A stretch of DNA of 64,000 nt from a virus, in the IMG/VR virus record IMGVR_UViG_3300027833_003138, positions 1 to 64,000 of that record; one strand, 5' to 3'. The translations under genes were made by a program, and so were the position numbers. The stretch's first letter is position 1; every line of letters begins with the position of its first letter. The notes under the pieces are model-generated. The model ran no database searches and had not been told where the DNA came from. It saw nothing but the letters and a program-made list of their open reading frames with translations. Shown piece by piece: positions 8,386-16,575 of the stretch.

Positions 8386-8694
8386 ATGACAGAACTCGAA
8401 AGAATCGAACTAATACGCAACGCAGTTGCAAATAATAACGCACAAGTCTCAGCTTCTCTTTCTCTTCAGATCGAAGACTTGAAAGCTGAAAAGTTGGCTG
8501 AAGACTTAATCCTTGAGCATGGTTTGCTTGATGTATCAAAGCGAGAAATCACAGACGAGGTTTCAGAATTGGCATCTAGTCACGACAGGGCAGACGATGA
8601 AGAAGACTTCGATAATGATGAAAACTTGCGAGATATGCAAGCAGTTAGCCCATTAATGAGGGAAATCTTTGAAGACAATAATTCAATTGCATAA
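8386..8694 (+). CDS. Hypothetical acidic protein
   Basis: TTGACT-17-TAGAAT-6-ATG. Confidence 0.75.
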   Translation: MTELERIELIRNAVANNNAQVSASLSLQIEDLKAEKLAEDLILEHGLLDVSKREITDEVSELASSHDRADDEEDFDNDENLRDMQAVSPLMREIFEDNNSIA

Positions 8695-8841
8695 GTGGAT
8701 ATACTAACAATTATGGTCGTAAGTGGATTAATAGGATTAGTCAAAGCTTTAACGGAAAAAGAAGATTAATGATAATACTAGAAATAAGTTGCATAATAAT
8801 ATCACCGATTTTGTTTGTTGCGTTAATTCTTTAGGGCGATA

Positions 8842-8880
8842 GGTCAACCCGTGAGAGTTCGCGGGTTGACCATTCTTTTT
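8842..8880 (+). terminator. Strong hairpin terminator ending the rightward block
   Basis: GGTCAACCCG-n10-CGGGTTGACC then attcttttt. Confidence 0.8.
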
Positions 8881-8882
8881 CT

Positions 8883-9011
8883 CATAAAGTATTGATACTC
8901 AACGACTTAGGGCAAAAAGCCCAGGGAGTTTTTTCATAACTCGTTGATACTCAATCACTTAGGGAAAACTGCCTAGGGCTTTTTATAAAATGTTAATAAT
9001 CAACGACTTAT
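8883..9011. promoter_or_regulatory. Triple palindromic IHF-like site at the transcription convergence point
   Basis: Three copies, periods 52 and 49 bp; exact WATCAANNNNTTR at 8885-8897(-), 8937-8949(-), 8998-9010(+). Confidence 0.75.
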
Positions 9012-9271
9012 GTAATTATTGTACTATTCTATTATTTACTGTATTTATATTTGGCTTTTTTATATTTGGGGCCCGGAAAACTGTATTTGTATTTAACCTA
9101 TTTAACTTTTAAGTTTAGCTATTCTATTTATCAAGCCAATAGTAAAAGGCGAGTGAGTTATTGCTCTGTCAAGGTTTGATTCTAGATTTCGGATTGCATT
9201 GATGATGTAATCGAGGTTGCCAATGATTCCCATTGCTTTGCCGCTCTTTAATACTTGGTAAGTTTTTTCTT

Positions 9272-9502
9272 TCATAGTTCGTTAATTACTTCGGTGTTTA
9301 TCTCTTCAATATTCACAAGTGGATCATCCCATCTGACTCCGTCAAGTGTTTCTTCGTCTGACACGACCCTCTTAAAGGTTTCATAGTCTCCGCACTTCTT
9401 TGCGGTTGCATAATAATATTCATTGTTTTGAATCCATAGTGCTATGTTCCAAGTTTCTCGGTTGCTCCATCCGTTATAGCTCATATCTTTATTGTCTTGC
9501 AT
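9272..9502 (-). CDS. Conserved phage hypothetical protein (YNGWxNxETW family)
   Basis: YNGWSNRETWNIALWIQN motif. Confidence 0.8.
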   Translation of the reverse strand: MQDNKDMSYNGWSNRETWNIALWIQNNEYYYATAKKCGDYETFKRVVSDEETLDGVRWDDPLVNIEEINTEVINEL

Positions 9503-9505
9503 AGT

Positions 9506-9949
9506 TTAAAGGTCTTCGTGGTAAATGTAGATTGGATTGTCGTTATAGGTTAAATGTGCGTGCTTAACAAATGTATTGCTTTCAATGTTCTTTTTAAATG
9601 TTGAGTTGGAAATGAACACATCTGTTTGCTCGGTCTTCTTCTTGGCTTTAATAATTATTACGCAACCATCGTTGCTTTTGGTAATTAGATGTTTTTTTTC
9701 GTTCATTTAGTTGCGATAATGAGATGAGTCTTGCGATTCGGTTAGAGTTTCATAAGCGTGTGCTTTTTGTGCAATAGCTTTTAATGCTCCACCAATAACA
9801 TTCAACATTGAAAGCTGATCGTTGTCAAGCATATTCTTGTCGGTCATTGGTTCGATCATGTTGTCGTGAATGAATGCCATAACTAATTCGTTTGCTTCTA
9901 GCGAGTCGACATCTTGAACTTGCAAGTGGTTTGGGTCATTAAGATACAT
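9506..9949 (-). other. Two hypothetical CDSs (9506..9706, 9707..9949)
   Basis: Tightly packed ORFs in a leftward operon. Confidence 0.7.
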
Positions 9950-10064
9950 AGTTTAATTTTGTTTTGTGTTTTAGTTTCCTATCAAGAATTTTGTTTTTCA
10001 TCTTGAAAGGTCGAGCCTTAGTGAAAAGGATTTGATGTCTGAGCTTTATCTTTTTCGCTTTCAT
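9939..10064 (-). CDS. Small very basic protein (41 aa)
   Basis: Manual: MKAKKIKLRHQILFTKARPFKMKNKILDRKLKHKTKLNYVS*; TTGACT-16-CATACT-7-ATG. Confidence 0.65.
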   Translation of the reverse strand: MKAKKIKLRHQILFTKARPFKMKNKILDRKLKHKTKLNYVS

Positions 10065-10129
10065 AAGTAATAGTATGACAGAATTTTTTGTGAAGTCAAG
10101 TGTTTTTTTCTAGTGAATAATAAAATGAT

Positions 10130-10231
10130 ACCAAACACGGAGGGAGTCGAACCCATAAGAGGATAGTTAGGACTGCAATCCGCACCTCTCCTAATCACCA
10201 CTAATTTGCAGATTAGTTTGATCGTGTTGGT
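10130..10231 (-). ncRNA. tRNA-like small RNA (about 100 nt, non-canonical)
   Basis: Own promoter (TTGACT-16-CATACT); 5' ACCAACACG pairs with 3' CGTGTTTGGT; T-arm GGG-TTCGACT-CCC; two internal hairpins with TGCA loops. Confidence 0.6.
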
Positions 10232-10295
10232 AAGTATCAGTATGTCAGAATCTCAACCAAAGTCAACCCTTAAATGCAAAAAAACAAAAATAATT

Positions 10296-10374
10296 GTAAA
10301 CCGTTGCGACTCAATGACTTGCGCGAAATCGCCCAGGGCTTTTTGCCCTAACTAGTTCATAACCAAGCGTTTAT
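10296..10374. promoter_or_regulatory. Paired palindromic IHF-like element (degenerate)
   Basis: gtaaaccgttg..caatgacttgc plus a second copy 52 bp away; gcccagggc spacer. Confidence 0.65.
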
Positions 10375-10453
10375 AACATCTGCATAAATGCATAAAAAAA
10401 TGTATGCACTAAAGGTTAATAAAATTGATGTAATCAATAATGCTTTAATCATA

Positions 10454-10621
10454 TCAGTACCCTAACCATTCTAACACTTTTTGTGCATTATACTCTTCTT
10501 TGTCACCCATGTCTAAAATGAATTGGTGAATATCTTGGCAACCATGCTTTGAGAGTTCTTCAAACGCTCTTGCTTGGCTAATCATTAAATCTTCGGCTGA
10601 ATCGTAATATGCTTCACTCAT
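10454..10621 (-). CDS. Hypothetical protein (55 aa)
   Basis: Manual: MSEAYYDSAEDLMISQARAF...VLEWLGY*; overlaps the stop of the upstream gene. Confidence 0.65.
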   Translation of the reverse strand: MSEAYYDSAEDLMISQARAFEELSKHGCQDIHQFILDMGDKEEYNAQKVLEWLGY

Positions 10622-11361
10622 GAGTCTATCCCTTCTACTACAAATCCTGTTGCGTCTTTCTTTGCCATACCTTTCTCGATCAAGCCAACGACCACACCTT
10701 TCTTGTCAAGAAAACGCAAGTCAGTTTCATCACCATTGACGACCTCAAAACCTTTCCATGCCTTAGGTAATTGATTGCGAAACACAACGGCTACATTGCC
10801 ACCCATTAAAAGAACCATTTCGCATTTCTTGTCATTATTCTCTGAGCGAGAAAAAGTCAAATGATAATTAGAGGGAAATTTTGCCTCGCCCTTAATGAAA
10901 GGTTTGTCGAGAAAAGAACACATTCTTTTAAATGATTTAGTATAATCATAAAACTTAGTTTGGGGAAACTTATCAAAAATTGTTTGAGGCTTTTCTTCAT
11001 CAAAAAATACTGACTCCCACATGATGTCGCTTGTAAGATTAGGACGAAAGACAGCTTCCATACTTTTCTTTTGTGCCGACTTAATTGAGGAAGTAATTTC
11101 TTTCGATAGTTTTGCGAGAAAGTCAAATTGCTTTTCAAAGAACAACTTTGTTTTGTTGATGCGTGAATCTTGAACAGATCCCATTTGACCACGACCTGCC
11201 GTATTCAAGCAAGACATTGTGCAACCTTTAGAACGCCATTGGCAAGTTTCGTAGCCTGAAAGATTTGCTGGGGCAAGGTGAATGCCTTTTGTGATGTAAC
11301 CTAATTTCTCGCCTTTGAGAATCTTTTGGTTACCTGATGTGAGAAGTGTTGTTTTAATCAT
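10618..11361 (-). CDS. GP88-like phage protein (Cys-rich, radical-SAM-like fold)
   Basis: LAPA..SG...C...S.GC...CLNTAGRG, FYDYTK, NYHLTFS, DETDLRFLD, KG.AKKD..GFV. Confidence 0.8.
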   Translation of the reverse strand: MIKTTLLTSGNQKILKGEKLGYITKGIHLAPANLSGYETCQWRSKGCTMSCLNTAGRGQMGSVQDSRINKTKLFFEKQFDFLAKLSKEITSSIKSAQKKSMEAVFRPNLTSDIMWESVFFDEEKPQTIFDKFPQTKFYDYTKSFKRMCSFLDKPFIKGEAKFPSNYHLTFSRSENNDKKCEMVLLMGGNVAVVFRNQLPKAWKGFEVVNGDETDLRFLDKKGVVVGLIEKGMAKKDATGFVVEGIDS

Positions 11362-11611
11362 GTCTTAATTATGGTTGAATTAGTTGCTTCTGTCAAGCTT
11401 TTTAATAATGTTTTTTGCTTTTTCGATTCCTTTTTCTGTACCGAATTGTCCGAGCAATCTCTTGAAAGTTTCCCATGAAATAGTATTAGAGGGAAGTTCT
11501 TGAAATTGTTTCATTCTTTGCTTTGCTTGTTCGTCTTTCATAAGTATAATTATGACATCATATAGAGGTAAGTCAACCCTAAAATTAATAAAATTAAAAA
11601 AACTTTATGAC

Positions 11612-11690
11612 GTTACTCGTTAACTATCAACGACTTACGCAAAAAAGCCTAGGCCGGTTTTCCCTAACCTCTTGAACCTCAACGACTTAT
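11612..11690. promoter_or_regulatory. Paired palindromic IHF-like element
   Basis: caacgactta at 11628 and 11680 (52 bp); exact IHF consensus 11625-11637; spacer aaaaaagcctaggccggtttt. Confidence 0.75.
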
Positions 11691-11710
11691 GCAATAATAA
11701 ATGTGGGCAC

Positions 11711-11734
11711 AAAAAAGCCCCCCAATCGGGGGGC
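11711..11734 (-). terminator. Rho-independent terminator
   Basis: GCCCCCC-gatt-GGGGGGC then T6 on the minus strand. Confidence 0.85.
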
Positions 11735-11768
11735 AATCATTAATCTTTCCGCTACGCAGATTGACTAA

Positions 11769-12005
11769 TTAACCTAGACTCACTGACCTTTTAAAGGATT
11801 TATCTGCACAAGTCGCTCGAAGAACATGGCGACGATTGACTCGACGATTCGCTCCATTCATGTCCGAAAACATTACATGGCGAGCAGTAACGCTCTTGAC
11901 TTTTGCCGAGAAGACCTTGCGTTGCTCCCCTTGTTTAACTAGAAGAGAAACGAATCGTCCTTTGAGACTATCAACTACATTTTTGAGTTTTGCTTGATTT
12001 TTCAT
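11769..12005 (-). CDS. Hypothetical basic protein
   Basis: ORF co-transcribed with the DUF932-like gene. Confidence 0.75.
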   Translation of the reverse strand: MKNQAKLKNVVDSLKGRFVSLLVKQGEQRKVFSAKVKSVTARHVMFSDMNGANRRVNRRHVLRATCADKSFKRSVSLG

Positions 12006-12052
12006 AATTTTAATTTTTGTTAGGTTTGTGTTTGGTTTGTGATTAAGAATGA

Positions 12053-12790
12053 TTACTTTACTAGTGCGACTTCGGAGTCAAGAACACCATGCAATGCGAG
12101 AGAACGATTTGGTAAGGCATGAACTCCACCTTTAAGAACATGAGTGAAGCCGTTGTACAATGAGTGCATATTCCGAGGAGAAAAGTCATCATGTTCGGGT
12201 TTGTGCCATTGCTCAACTACATCAGCGATTTTGCCTTTGCTGATCGCACCATTTTGAAAAGCACGGATAACAAGGTCATGGGCTTGCTCGTTGCCGAGTT
12301 CGTACTCTTTGTACGCTTCGATGCGTTTCTCATCGCTTGCCCATGTCTCAGTCATCTTGCCGAGAGTGCGAGCGATAACTTGAGACAAGTCACTCAAAAT
12401 GTTTTTTGTGTGCCGTCTTGCAAGAGTCACTTCGTTTGTGAAAATAAGATTCGAGCAAACAAATGGAGCGTTACCCATGCACAAACCTGCTGGAAAGCAT
12501 TTGTCGTGCGAATTGCGAAGACCGAGAACTGTGCCACGATCATCAACATCAGAACCTGTGTTCTTGACATGGAAGAGACCGAAGTAACGCTGACCGAATC
12601 GGTGAAGAGAATGGTAAGTGTCTACAATTTCCCAACCATTTTCTTGGATTTGGTTTTGCACACGATCAACAAGGAACGCATGACCGATTGGTTGCCAAGA
12701 CTCAGTCTTTTCGGGAGTCTTTACGGACTTCACTTCGCTAAAGTCGATTCGTTTTGTGCCACATACGGAGAGATCAATTTTTTTATTCAT
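12053..12790 (-). CDS. DUF932-like phage/plasmid protein
   Basis: WQPIGH, LGLRNSHDK, FVCSNL, RRHT, LYNGFT motifs. Confidence 0.75.
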   Translation of the reverse strand: MNKKIDLSVCGTKRIDFSEVKSVKTPEKTESWQPIGHAFLVDRVQNQIQENGWEIVDTYHSLHRFGQRYFGLFHVKNTGSDVDDRGTVLGLRNSHDKCFPAGLCMGNAPFVCSNLIFTNEVTLARRHTKNILSDLSQVIARTLGKMTETWASDEKRIEAYKEYELGNEQAHDLVIRAFQNGAISKGKIADVVEQWHKPEHDDFSPRNMHSLYNGFTHVLKGGVHALPNRSLALHGVLDSEVALVK

Positions 12791-12990
12791 AGTTTTTTTA
12801 GTTTTGGTTTATCGCTTTGTAAGATTTAATTATACGAAAGTTTTTGGTTTTTGTCAAGCTTTTTTTTCTTCGATTAAGTTTTTTTTGTTTCGACTAATTT
12901 TTTTTAAGTTCAGTTATCGTCTTGATGTATACTAGTATGACAGAAAATGATGTCATGTCAACACTTTTTTTTCATAAAATTAAAATAGTT

Positions 12991-13069
12991 GTAAGTATAT
13001 GAATATCAATGACTTAGGAAAAACCGCCCAGGACTTTTTTGCGTAAGTCCTTGGTGGTAAGTGATTTAG
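12991..13069. promoter_or_regulatory. Paired palindromic IHF-like element adjoining the tRNA 3' end
   Basis: gtaagt starts at 12991 and 13043 (52 bp); exact IHF consensus 13004-13016. Confidence 0.75.
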
Positions 13070-13076
13070 GTAAGCT

Positions 13077-13153
13077 TGGTGGACCCGCTCGGGCTTGAAC
13101 CGAGGACCCTCCGATTATGAGTCGGACGCTCTAACCAACTGAGCTACGGGTCC
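13077..13153 (-). tRNA. tRNA with CAT anticodon, Ile2 (lysidine) type
   Basis: GGACCCGTAGCTCAGTTGGTTAGAGCGTCCGACTCATAATCGGA...GGTTCAAGCCC...GGGTCCACCA; resembles bacterial tRNA-Ile2 rather than fMet. Confidence 0.9.
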
Positions 13154-13161
13154 CAAGTTAA

Positions 13162-13737
13162 CTAAACTCTTTTTTCGAGCAAATAAAGCTCACTAAGGAG
13201 CAAATTATGTGCAAGTTTTTGAGAGAATAAACCTTTGCCTCCAAGCCCACGCATTTCTGCTTGAGCAAGAGCGTAACCCATGTTACGAATTTTAGTGCGA
13301 AGAGTTGCGATTCTTGTTGTATTCATTTTCTTATCCTTGGTTGTAGTGGTTGTATGCGTTGCACGCTTGATCTGCTGAGTCAAAACTAACTGCTATTAAA
13401 TCTCTTTGACTATATGGATGCCACGATGTTGGCGACTCCTCGAAATACAATTCCCATTGCTCGGAGTCTTCGTTAAAACTTGGAAGGTCAAGAGGTTTGC
13501 CTTCGCATACTGCTTCGATGTAGTTATTCATAATTATTTTAATCCCTCCATTTTGTTGAGAAGTTGATCGAGAACGGACTGCCGATTGCCTTTAAAACCA
13601 AATTCTGATTTCGCAATCGAATAGCAAGATTTGCCTCTCGACATCTTTAGTCCTCTCATTTCTAGCTTTATTCCTCTTGCGATAGTTCTTAATCGGAATG
13701 CGTTAATTTGTTGTGGTGTGTCTAGTATCATATTCAT
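13162..13737 (-). other. Three small hypothetical CDSs (13162..13326, 13331..13531, 13534..13737)
   Basis: Operon behind leaderless promoter TTGACT-16-CATACT-7-ATG at 13737. Confidence 0.7.
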
Positions 13738-13775
13738 AATGTTAAGTATGGCAGGTTTTTGGTGGAAGTCAAGCA

Positions 13776-14210
13776 TTAATACCAACAAGAGTAAAAAATT
13801 CTGTGTTTCTTTTTTAGTGCCTTGCGAGCATCCTTGACGAATTGCAAATCGCTTTCTTTGTACCAATAATCGTTATCGGAATGAGGTTCATCGTTTTCGT
13901 CAGTCCAAAAATAAGAATCAGAACCCCAAAAGAATCCATTTGATTCGGGAAGCTCGAAATTAAGAATCGCATCTTCAAGAGAATTAATATCTTCTTCCGT
14001 TAATTGCAAGGGAACGCAATTAAAAAGAACTTCGGCATCGTCATCGTCATCGTCACCATACTTGTCTTCGTTTGGGCAACCCTTACTTTCCCAAAGGTCT
14101 TGCATCCATCCTTGCAAGCGATTATGCTTTCGCCATTCTGCAATTTGAATGTCATTATCTGAGTTGCGTTTGCGTGGTGGTCGTGAGTATGCGTATTGAT
14201 CTAATCCCAT
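13776..14210 (-). CDS. Conserved phage protein (MGLDQY...WRK family)
   Basis: MGLDQY, WRKHNRLQGWM, GFFWGSD, C-terminal Y.CWY. Confidence 0.8.
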   Translation of the reverse strand: MGLDQYAYSRPPRKRNSDNDIQIAEWRKHNRLQGWMQDLWESKGCPNEDKYGDDDDDDAEVLFNCVPLQLTEEDINSLEDAILNFELPESNGFFWGSDSYFWTDENDEPHSDNDYWYKESDLQFVKDARKALKKKHRIFYSCWY

Positions 14211-14226
14211 AATTTTTTCCTTGTTG

Positions 14227-14460
14227 TTAGAGTTGTGCTGATTGAAAAGAAGACTCTATTCTAAGCTCATTCTGCAATGAGGTCAAGCTTAAAACGATAT
14301 CCTCCAAAACTTCTTCGGCTGATTGAAATGTACTTCCAAGTGGAAACTTTTCGGGATGACGCTCGTTCTGCTCCAAGCATACCTTGGACATTGGATCTGC
14401 GTATGCCATTTCTCCCCGGACGATGTCCATGATGGTTTGTCTTATCTTTGCTTGTGTCAT
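14227..14460 (-). CDS. Hypothetical protein
   Basis: ORF in operon. Confidence 0.7.
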   Translation of the reverse strand: MTQAKIRQTIMDIVRGEMAYADPMSKVCLEQNERHPEKFPLGSTFQSAEEVLEDIVLSLTSLQNELRIESSFQSAQL

Positions 14461-14608
14461 AATTACTTACTCCAATCTACTTCGTTAAGCTCAACTTGCC
14501 CACTTCCGAAAATCATCTCGAAAATTTTAATTAAATCCGTTGGAGATAAGTAGTTGAACTCATCTAAGATTTCTTTCTTTAACTGCGTTTTTGTCATTTG
14601 GTCTTCAT

Positions 14609-15007
14609 TCATAATACTGCTAATACTTGTTTGGGTTCTAGTCTTACGGCAATAGCATAGTCTACCATTTGTTCCGTGTCCTTGTCAACAAAATTCTCAT
14701 ACTTATATGGATTATAGGAAACAGGTCTTGCAGTGGGATGAGAATCTCTCCAATCGCCCATTTGCCAATTCTCTACATAGCCCTCGATTCCTGCGTGAAC
14801 ATTTTTACGCTGTTCTTTTAAAACTCTTTCTCGCCCACTTTTGCTAACCTTGAAAGTGCAACTATGCATTGCTAGTAATTTGGTATGAGCTTTAACTAAT
14901 CCGTCTTGCTTGATGCTCCAACATTTCTTGTGAAGATTCTTGTAAACAAAAACAGGACTACCAAAGTCAATCTTATATCTTTTTTCGTTAGGCTTTGTCT
15001 TGATCAT
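14609..15007 (-). CDS. Conserved phage hypothetical protein
   Basis: VYKNLHKKCWS, GRERVLKEQRKNVHA, YNPYK motifs; leaderless promoter. Confidence 0.8.
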   Translation of the reverse strand: MIKTKPNEKRYKIDFGSPVFVYKNLHKKCWSIKQDGLVKAHTKLLAMHSCTFKVSKSGRERVLKEQRKNVHAGIEGYVENWQMGDWRDSHPTARPVSYNPYKYENFVDKDTEQMVDYAIAVRLEPKQVLAVL

Positions 15008-15072
15008 AAATACAAGTATGACAGGTTTTTACCTCAAGTCAACCTTTTTCTTCATTTTTTTTCTAAAACATT

Positions 15073-15151
15073 GCAAGTCGTTGGTAGCCAATTAGTTATG
15101 AAAAAACGCCTAGGCGGATTTTACGCAACTCGTTGTTATTCAATAACTTAT
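15073..15151. promoter_or_regulatory. Paired palindromic IHF-like element
   Basis: gcaagtcgttg at 15073 and gcaactcgttg at 15125 (52 bp); spacer aaaaaacgcctaggcggatttt. Confidence 0.72.
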
Positions 15152-15335
15152 GTAATTTATGTCATTTTAATTTGATTATGTTTATTATTTTTCTTCTTAT
15201 ATTTGGCTCTTATATTTGTGTTATTTACTATTGATATTTGAACAAGATAAGTTTGTTATTTAGAAGTCGTCCCTTTCTTCTCTAATGAGTTGTATAAGGC
15301 CTGCGATTGCGCTCAAGATAATTATTGTTAACACT

Positions 15336-15911
15336 CTATGCCGTCTTGGAGTACTTCTTCCAAATCTCTAGATCAAGGTCAGTCACTGACTTTCCTAAGG
15401 TTCGAGCATGCATCTTGAATGCATTAGCGTAATAGTTGTAGATGCCGACGTTCGAAGGCGTGCTCTTTGGGGCGTCCTTATGCCCTTGGTCTCGAAGGAA
15501 CCTTAAGATATGTGTGTCGAGCATCGGCTCATCGAAGTCTTCGCGACTATGAGAAAGAAAGAACCTTGCCGTTTTAAGCCCGATACCAGCGACCTCTAAA
15601 AGTCTGCTAAGAGTAACCGTTTGAAGGTCTTGTATCTTGGACACAGCAACATAAGAATTGTATCTTTGCTTGTATGGACTAAGCTTTGCCCAATGCATGA
15701 TCTCTTGCAGCCGGCCCAATTCAATCAATTTTCTTATACAATTAAATGGTAATGCTTCTTTTGTTATGTTTTTTGCTCTCTCGATAAACACTTCTAATTT
15801 AGGTGCTTCGATTGAACTTTTCTTTCCCGCTACATTGATACCAAATAAAATAAATTCTTCTAATTGATATTGTGTTCTATTATAGTTTGTTACTTCTGCT
15901 GGATTAATCAT
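15336..15911 (-). CDS. HhH-type DNA glycosylase/lyase-like protein
   Basis: HhH GIGLKTARFFL, downstream LDTH, LDLEIW. Confidence 0.7.
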   Translation of the reverse strand: MINPAEVTNYNRTQYQLEEFILFGINVAGKKSSIEAPKLEVFIERAKNITKEALPFNCIRKLIELGRLQEIMHWAKLSPYKQRYNSYVAVSKIQDLQTVTLSRLLEVAGIGLKTARFFLSHSREDFDEPMLDTHILRFLRDQGHKDAPKSTPSNVGIYNYYANAFKMHARTLGKSVTDLDLEIWKKYSKTA

Positions 15912-15929
15912 ATGTTTTTTTATGTTAGG

Positions 15930-16184
15930 TTATTGTGCAATGTGAAATACTTCTCTAAGCTTACTCATTTCATCTGATGCGAAGAATACTTCTCTGCAAT
16001 AGTCAATGTTTTTTGATTCAATATTATTAATGAGTTTCACTGCTTGATGAACAGGAACTCGATCACGAGGCATGCCTCCCCATTTGATTACGACTTTCAT
16101 ATGAGGAAAGTTGTCGTTGATTTCAGCAAGTTGAGCTGAGTTGATGTAACCGTAGTTTGTGAGAATTTGTTTAATCGTTTCCAT
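15930..16184 (-). CDS. Hypothetical protein
   Basis: Start reassigned to METIKQ; TTGACA-16-CATACT-7-ATG. Confidence 0.7.
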   Translation of the reverse strand: METIKQILTNYGYINSAQLAEINDNFPHMKVVIKWGGMPRDRVPVHQAVKLINNIESKNIDYCREVFFASDEMSKLREVFHIAQ

Positions 16185-16221
16185 AATATCTAGTATGACA
16201 GATCTGTGGGTATTGTCAAAC

Positions 16222-16258
16222 AAAAAACCCGACCAAAGTAATTTACCTTGATCGGGCT
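16222..16258 (-). terminator. Terminator after the structured RNA
   Basis: GCCCGATCAAGGTAA...TTACTTTGGTCGGGT then T-run. Confidence 0.75.
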
Positions 16259-16282
16259 TAACATGAATAATAATAAATAAAA

Positions 16283-16469
16283 TGGTGTGGGGAAGGATTA
16301 CTGTATACCTTCGACTTTTCGGCGTGAACATCAGTTCATAGAGTACCTACTTCGCACCACAAACGAGACTTGGAATTGTCTCTAGCTCATCCGATTGGAC
16401 TCTGCTAATCTACCACAGAAAGTTTGCGTACCTTAGCTCGCTCACGACAAGCTTGCTCAGTCACCCACA
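16283..16469 (-). ncRNA. About 187-nt structured RNA with acceptor-like stem and encoded CCA end
   Basis: 5' TGTGGG pairs with 3' CCCACA-CCA; internal hairpins GAGAC/GTCTC, TGAAC/GTTCA, GAAGG/CCTTC; own promoter, boxA-like site and terminator; no credible ORF. Confidence 0.7.
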
Positions 16470-16504
16470 GGAGAAGTATATCTACCTCTCCAAAGTTTTT
16501 AAAA

Positions 16505-16516
16505 TGTTAAAGATCG
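16505..16516 (-). promoter_or_regulatory. boxA-like antitermination site
   Basis: CGATCTTTAACA versus rrn boxA TGCTCTTTAACA, between the TTGACA-17-TATAAT promoter and the ncRNA. Confidence 0.55.
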
Positions 16517-16575
16517 ATTATTTATTTTGATTAAGTTTGTTTCTTAATTATGTATCTATTATACTCTATTATTTG

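Noticed and set aside
4311-9011. Classical integron with attC sites
   Set aside because: No IntI in the window, cassettes are multi-gene with their own promoters, and no consistent RYYYAAC/GTTRRRY boundaries were seen
12164-12829. 221-aa plus-strand ORF
   Set aside because: Antisense to the DUF932-like gene; no promoter or motif
13077-13153. Initiator tRNA-fMet
   Set aside because: Paired position 1-72 and no three consecutive G-C pairs in the anticodon stem; resembles Ile2
4311-15151. CRISPR array interpretation of the palindromic repeats
   Set aside because: Only 2-3 degenerate copies per locus, spacers resemble each other, loci are separated by kilobases of genes, and no cas genes are present
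16283-16469. tmRNA call for the CCA-ending RNA
   Set aside because: Too short, lacks the GGGG 5' end with G3-U pair and the TTCRA loop, and has no evident tag frame
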